DNA from: Patescibacteria group bacterium
GTDB lineage: Bacteria; Patescibacteriota; Microgenomatia; UBA1400; PJMF01
Length of the DNA: 64,000 bases
NCBI GenBank assembly: GCA_016861085.1
Contig: BOKR01000001.1
Span: forward strand, 323,271-387,270
Direction of reading: 5' to 3'
Below the pieces are notes generated by a model. It was given only the letters and a program-made list of their open reading frames with translations. It had not been told where the DNA came from and ran no database searches. This document shows, in pieces, positions 60,128 through 64,000 of this stretch (positions are counted from its first letter, which is position 1; each line of letters opens with the position of its first letter). The translations under genes were made by a program, and so were the position numbers.

Positions 60128-60769
60128 CTAAAATACTGTCGATAATTGTATGAATTTTTGACTGTATACATCAAACCAGTACGAAGGGCCTTTTGTATCA
60201 TCCTGTCTGTTGGTTGTTTGTACAACAAGTAAAGAGTTTGCTGCCCATCCGGTTACGTCGTGTAATTCATAGGGAATTTCAGCACTCTTAAAGGCTGCTG
60301 TAACATTTATATATTGAGAATCTTTAATAAATTCACCTGAAGACCTAAATACTAAGAAATCTTGTGAGTTTTGGTTTGTTTGTTTGAGGAAAATATATTT
60401 GTTATCTGGTGACCATGTGTTGAAAGGAATTTCCATTGTTGTTTCAAAATCAAATTGACCAGATGAAATAAGCAGTTTGTCTTCTTGCTCTTTTGCTACA
60501 AATAGTTCGTATTTAGTGCTATATGTCCCTGTTTTTGTTTCTAGAGTGAGTAGCATACTTCCCTCTGGAGAGATTTGACTTGTTGTTGTGATTATTTCTT
60601 CTAATTCAGTGATGGTTGGAGTTAAGCTCGGTTCAGAATGTATTGGCTGATACGCAGAAGTTTGGGTGCTATTTTGATATGCGAGCAGATATTTTGACCC
60701 AATGAGTGTACCCAAGAAGATCAACAAAAGAAAAAACAATGAGGTGATGATTGTAGTTACTCGAGGCAT
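60128..60769 (-). CDS. Membrane-anchored hypothetical protein with TolB-like SPEG/WSPD repeats
   Basis: N-terminal TM segment, ISPEG and NTWSPDNKY. Confidence 0.65.
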   Translation of the reverse strand: MPRVTTIITSLFFLLLIFLGTLIGSKYLLAYQNSTQTSAYQPIHSEPSLTPTITELEEIITTTSQISPEGSMLLTLETKTGTYSTKYELFVAKEQEDKLLISSGQFDFETTMEIPFNTWSPDNKYIFLKQTNQNSQDFLVFRSSGEFIKDSQYINVTAAFKSAEIPYELHDVTGWAANSLLVVQTTNRQDDTKGPSYWFDVYSQKFIQLSTVF

Positions 60770-61467
60770 ACCGGTGTAGTTCCCTGTGTAATTTCAAGTT
60801 TTTGACAGATAGTGACGGTTGTTCCAGGGTCTTTTGTTGTTGCATACGTTGTTGCAGCAGTGGTAACAGGAGTTACCCATTCATAGATTTTTTTAGCATC
60901 TATTGTCCGTAAATTAACACAGCCATGACTCATTTCGTGGCCGAAATTATTGTGCCAGTAGGTGCCGTGTAAACTAAACCCTCTGCTCTTTGCAACTTCT
61001 GAGTTATGAAAAAACATAACGTATGGCACATTAGGTAGGTAATAGTAATCATTGCCACTGCCTCCAGACATTTTTTGTGCTCGAACTTTGATCCAAATTT
61101 TGAACTCTCCAGTAGGTGTTCTTCCCCACTTACCAGTTGAAACTAATGTTTCGAAATAGAGCTCATTGCCTTGATAGGCGTAGAGCTTTTGTTTAGAGAG
61201 ATCTACGTAAATATGTTTTTCTTCAGGGTTTGTTTCATCACCAAGAACTACAGGGTAATTTGATTCAATTGCTAAATCAATCTGTGGGACAGGAATATTG
61301 TTTCCCAAAAAAATGGCTTCGGAGTTGTTGTTAACTTCAGCTTCAAGGTTGTTGATACAGGTGATCGAATTGGCGCACTCTATATTGTTTTGAGAGGCAA
61401 AAAATACAGAGACAAATCCAAGCGAAAAGAACAATACAGAGAGAATTAGAAAACTGATTTTCTTCAC
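60757..61467 (-). CDS. L,D-transpeptidase (YkuD)
   Basis: VDLSKQ, VSTG...TPTGEF and HGTYWH..FG..MSHGCVN. Confidence 0.93.
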   Translation of the reverse strand: MKKISFLILSVLFFSLGFVSVFFASQNNIECANSITCINNLEAEVNNNSEAIFLGNNIPVPQIDLAIESNYPVVLGDETNPEEKHIYVDLSKQKLYAYQGNELYFETLVSTGKWGRTPTGEFKIWIKVRAQKMSGGSGNDYYYLPNVPYVMFFHNSEVAKSRGFSLHGTYWHNNFGHEMSHGCVNLRTIDAKKIYEWVTPVTTAATTYATTKDPGTTVTICQKLEITQGTTPVCLE

Positions 61468-61647
61468 TTTTTTAGAATAGCATATTTTTTATATTGATTC
61501 GACAGTTATTATCAGTAATTTTTATGTCAGAAAGAAAGCATACTATTTACTTATTGTTATTATTTATATATAAATTTATATTAAAAAATAGTTTATTTAG
61601 TATAAAAATCTAAATAAATATATTAAAAATTAGAATATGAGGATACT

Positions 61648-63082
61648 ATGACAGATCAGTTGCGTTCGTTTTCCCAGTTTACCTATGCAGAACTTGAAAC
61701 CAAAAATTTAGCTGCCAAGCAAAATCGTGCGCAACATATAAGCCAAGCTGAGTTTGAGAAAGAATATAGAAGCTACCTTAAAAAAGATGCAGGAATAAAA
61801 GCTGTGACACTTTGTTTCACTAATATTGAGGGCCGGTTTCATATGCTTGATTATGATAAGCAGCACTTTTTAAAAGATGCAGACAACTTAACATTCGATG
61901 GTTCATCAGTGAGGGGATTTACGCAGCTGGCAGAAAGTGATTTGCGGTTGGTACCAGATTGGTCTTCACTACGTTGGCTTCCTGCTGATGTATTTGGTCC
62001 AGGTAAAGTATTGATGTTTGCGAGCATTGCTGACAGAGAAAGCAAACAGTATCTGACTGACTTTAGAGGGATGCTCAAGGACTTAACAGATGATTTATAT
62101 TCGAAGAAAAAAAATTGAAGCATTTGTAGCACCAGAAGTCGAAGGTTTCTTGCTTTCAGGTGTTGATGCTGAGCGGACCTTTGACGAACGTTCTGGATTT
62201 AGTTTAATCTCAACAGGTGGGTACTATCAGTCACTGCCGAATGATGCACTGAGGCTTTTTATTGACTCAGCCGCGGAGGCTCAGCGAGCGCTTGGGTTTG
62301 AAAACGAAAAAGATCACCCCGAAGTTGCTCCGTCTCAGTTTGAGCTTAATTTTCGGTACGGAAATATGGTTGAGGTTGCAGATCAAATTCAGCTGTATAA
62401 GTTGGTTTGTCGCCAGGTAGCTGCACAACGTGGCATGACCGCTTCTTTTTTACCAAAACCAGTTGCAGGAATTAATGGCAGTGGCATGCATATGAATTTT
62501 TCCTTGAGTAAAAATGGTAAGAACGTATTTTATTCTAAAAAGGGAGAATACTTGTTGTCAGACGAGGCGTGGAGTGCAGTAAATAAGATCTTGAATCATG
62601 CGCCAGAGCTATGTTTGATTTTTAACTCAAGTGTGAATGCATACCGCAGACTTGATCCAAATTTTGAAGCACCGAATCAGATTAAGGTTTCCCCTACCGA
62701 TAGAGGTTCCATGATTCGTATACCAGTTGGAAATGAGCGAACTACTCGTATTGAGGTACGGTCAATTGCTCCGGATGCTAACCCATATTTAGTGATGTAC
62801 TCTCTTTTGAGAACTGCATTTGACGGTGAGGAGTTGAATCAGTCAAATGAAAAGCGCCCGAGAGTGAGATTTTTGCCAGGCACTATTTATGATGCGCTGA
62901 GATTGTTTAAGGCGAGCTCCTTTATTGGTGAAATTATTGGTGTGGATGCTCAGAGTAAATTTGCCCACTTTAAACAGTTGGCAGCTGATAGGAGCCCAAA
63001 GGAATTAGGCACGATTGTGAAAAATTCTGAGGTAATTTATCACCATGAGGTAACAAACCAGGTGTTGTGGAAGCAGTTTTAG
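61648..63082 (+). pseudogene. glnA: Glutamine synthetase, split by a frameshift in A8 at 62107-62114 (possible sequencing error)
   Basis: FDGSS..GF....ESD in the 5' part. HPEVAPSQFE, PKP..GINGSGMH, NAYRRL.P.FEAP and EVRS..PDANPY in the 3' part. Confidence 0.9.
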
Positions 63083-63167
63083 AGTTGGTTGAAGTTGCGA
63101 GTCTTCGGGCTAGTGGACAAAACGCGTTGGTTTTTTTACGTATCTCGGCTTTTGTGTTTAGAACGAG

Positions 63168-63195
63168 AAAGGCCCCCTTTGGGAAGGGGGCCTTT
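63168..63195. terminator. Intrinsic terminator between convergent genes
   Basis: AAAGGCCCCCTT-TGGG-AAGGGGGCCTTT. Confidence 0.85.
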
Positions 63196-63239
63196 GCTCT
63201 TATTTCAGTTACTTGTTAAATTGGGGGGACGGCCGTTGG

Positions 63240-63905
63240 TTAGCTCAGGTTGAAGATCTCGGCGGGGAATTCTTCCTCGCCAAACCATGCCTTGCTTACC
63301 TCTTCGTACCACAACGGGTTACGGGTCAGGTTGACCTTACCCGGATGTTCACAAACACCAAACAACTCGTGGGCCATACTGCGAACCTCAAGGCGGAAAG
63401 TGTCCAGGCCGCCGTCAATGGCAATGGAAAAGTCCAGGGTGTTGGTGAAGTTCGTCAGGCCGCTGGCGTTGTCGTAGGTCTCGGTGTGGGTCAGATTCCC
63501 TGATACTTCTTGCCAGCCGAGAACCGGCAGGCGGAAGGCGACCCGGCAGTTGGTCGTCGAGGTCGTGGTAGTGCCGGATTCATCGCCGGTTACGTCATTA
63601 TAAAAAACCTGACCATTCTTTTTCCGGTCGGCCGCATTCGGCACAACCCGGAACTCTACGCCGTTGGCTTTGAAGCCGAAGGCCCGGAGGTACGCCCAGT
63701 CTGTGAACTGCATTTTGGCGCGGGTTTTGGCCCAGGCCGCTTTCAGGGCTTCGGCCCGTTTGGCTTCGACCACGTAGGGCAGGGTGCCAGCCAGGGCTAA
63801 ACTCAGGGCCAGGTTTTCCCGCTCGCTTTCGAGGAGCATATCGCTCAGTTTCTCAGTCGTTTGCAGAAGATTGTTGTATGAACGTAAGTTAAACATTGTT
63901 TTCAC
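63240..63905 (-). CDS. Orphan protein, strongly GC-rich relative to the window
   Basis: 221-aa ORF with mostly G/C third positions. Start is GTG 63905 or ATG 63896. Confidence 0.75.
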   Translation of the reverse strand: MKTMFNLRSYNNLLQTTEKLSDMLLESERENLALSLALAGTLPYVVEAKRAEALKAAWAKTRAKMQFTDWAYLRAFGFKANGVEFRVVPNAADRKKNGQVFYNDVTGDESGTTTTSTTNCRVAFRLPVLGWQEVSGNLTHTETYDNASGLTNFTNTLDFSIAIDGGLDTFRLEVRSMAHELFGVCEHPGKVNLTRNPLWYEEVSKAWFGEEEFPAEIFNLS

Positions 63906-64000
63906 CGTTTAATTGGGATTGTTTGTACCCCTCCTAATTTATTTTCGGAGGGTTTTTAAAGTGGATAAAACGTTTCTCTGCCACGCCTATTTCTAGGTTG

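Noticed and set aside
63213-63800. Plus-strand ORFs of 75-96 aa
   Set aside because: They are shadows of the GC-rich minus-strand gene.

Overview
AT-rich, gene-dense bacterial chromosome segment using the standard genetic code. The gene complement suggests Patescibacteria/CPR, probably Microgenomates-like. This is an inference from the C-terminal-only ATP synthase delta, archaeal-type ProRS, split transketolase, sortase plus L,D-transpeptidase, fermentative enzymes and many apparently leaderless genes. Housekeeping content includes pyk, rpsU, proS, prs, secA, serS, a lysS-HD fusion, two greA paralogues, atpBEFHAGDC, mutM, ldh, transketolase, a GT4/GH57/GH15 alpha-glucan cluster, malic enzyme and glnA, plus four canonical tRNAs (His, Arg, Ala, Lys) and one anticodon-less tRNA-like element. 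I saw no IS, integrase, prophage or CRISPR array. The most interesting signals are RNA-level. (1) A GC-rich orphan lipoprotein gene has an rRNA-operon-like layout: promoter, hairpin, near-consensus boxA, and a ~20-bp 5'UTR/3'UTR stem whose loop is exactly the ORF. A second GC-rich orphan at the window end shows a weaker version. (2) serS has a translational-type T-box with an ultra-short Stem I. (3) A tRNA-Ala-like element has a collapsed anticodon loop. Three genes carry single-base homopolymer frameshifts that may be sequencing errors. All calls are by eye; no searches or folding programs were run.
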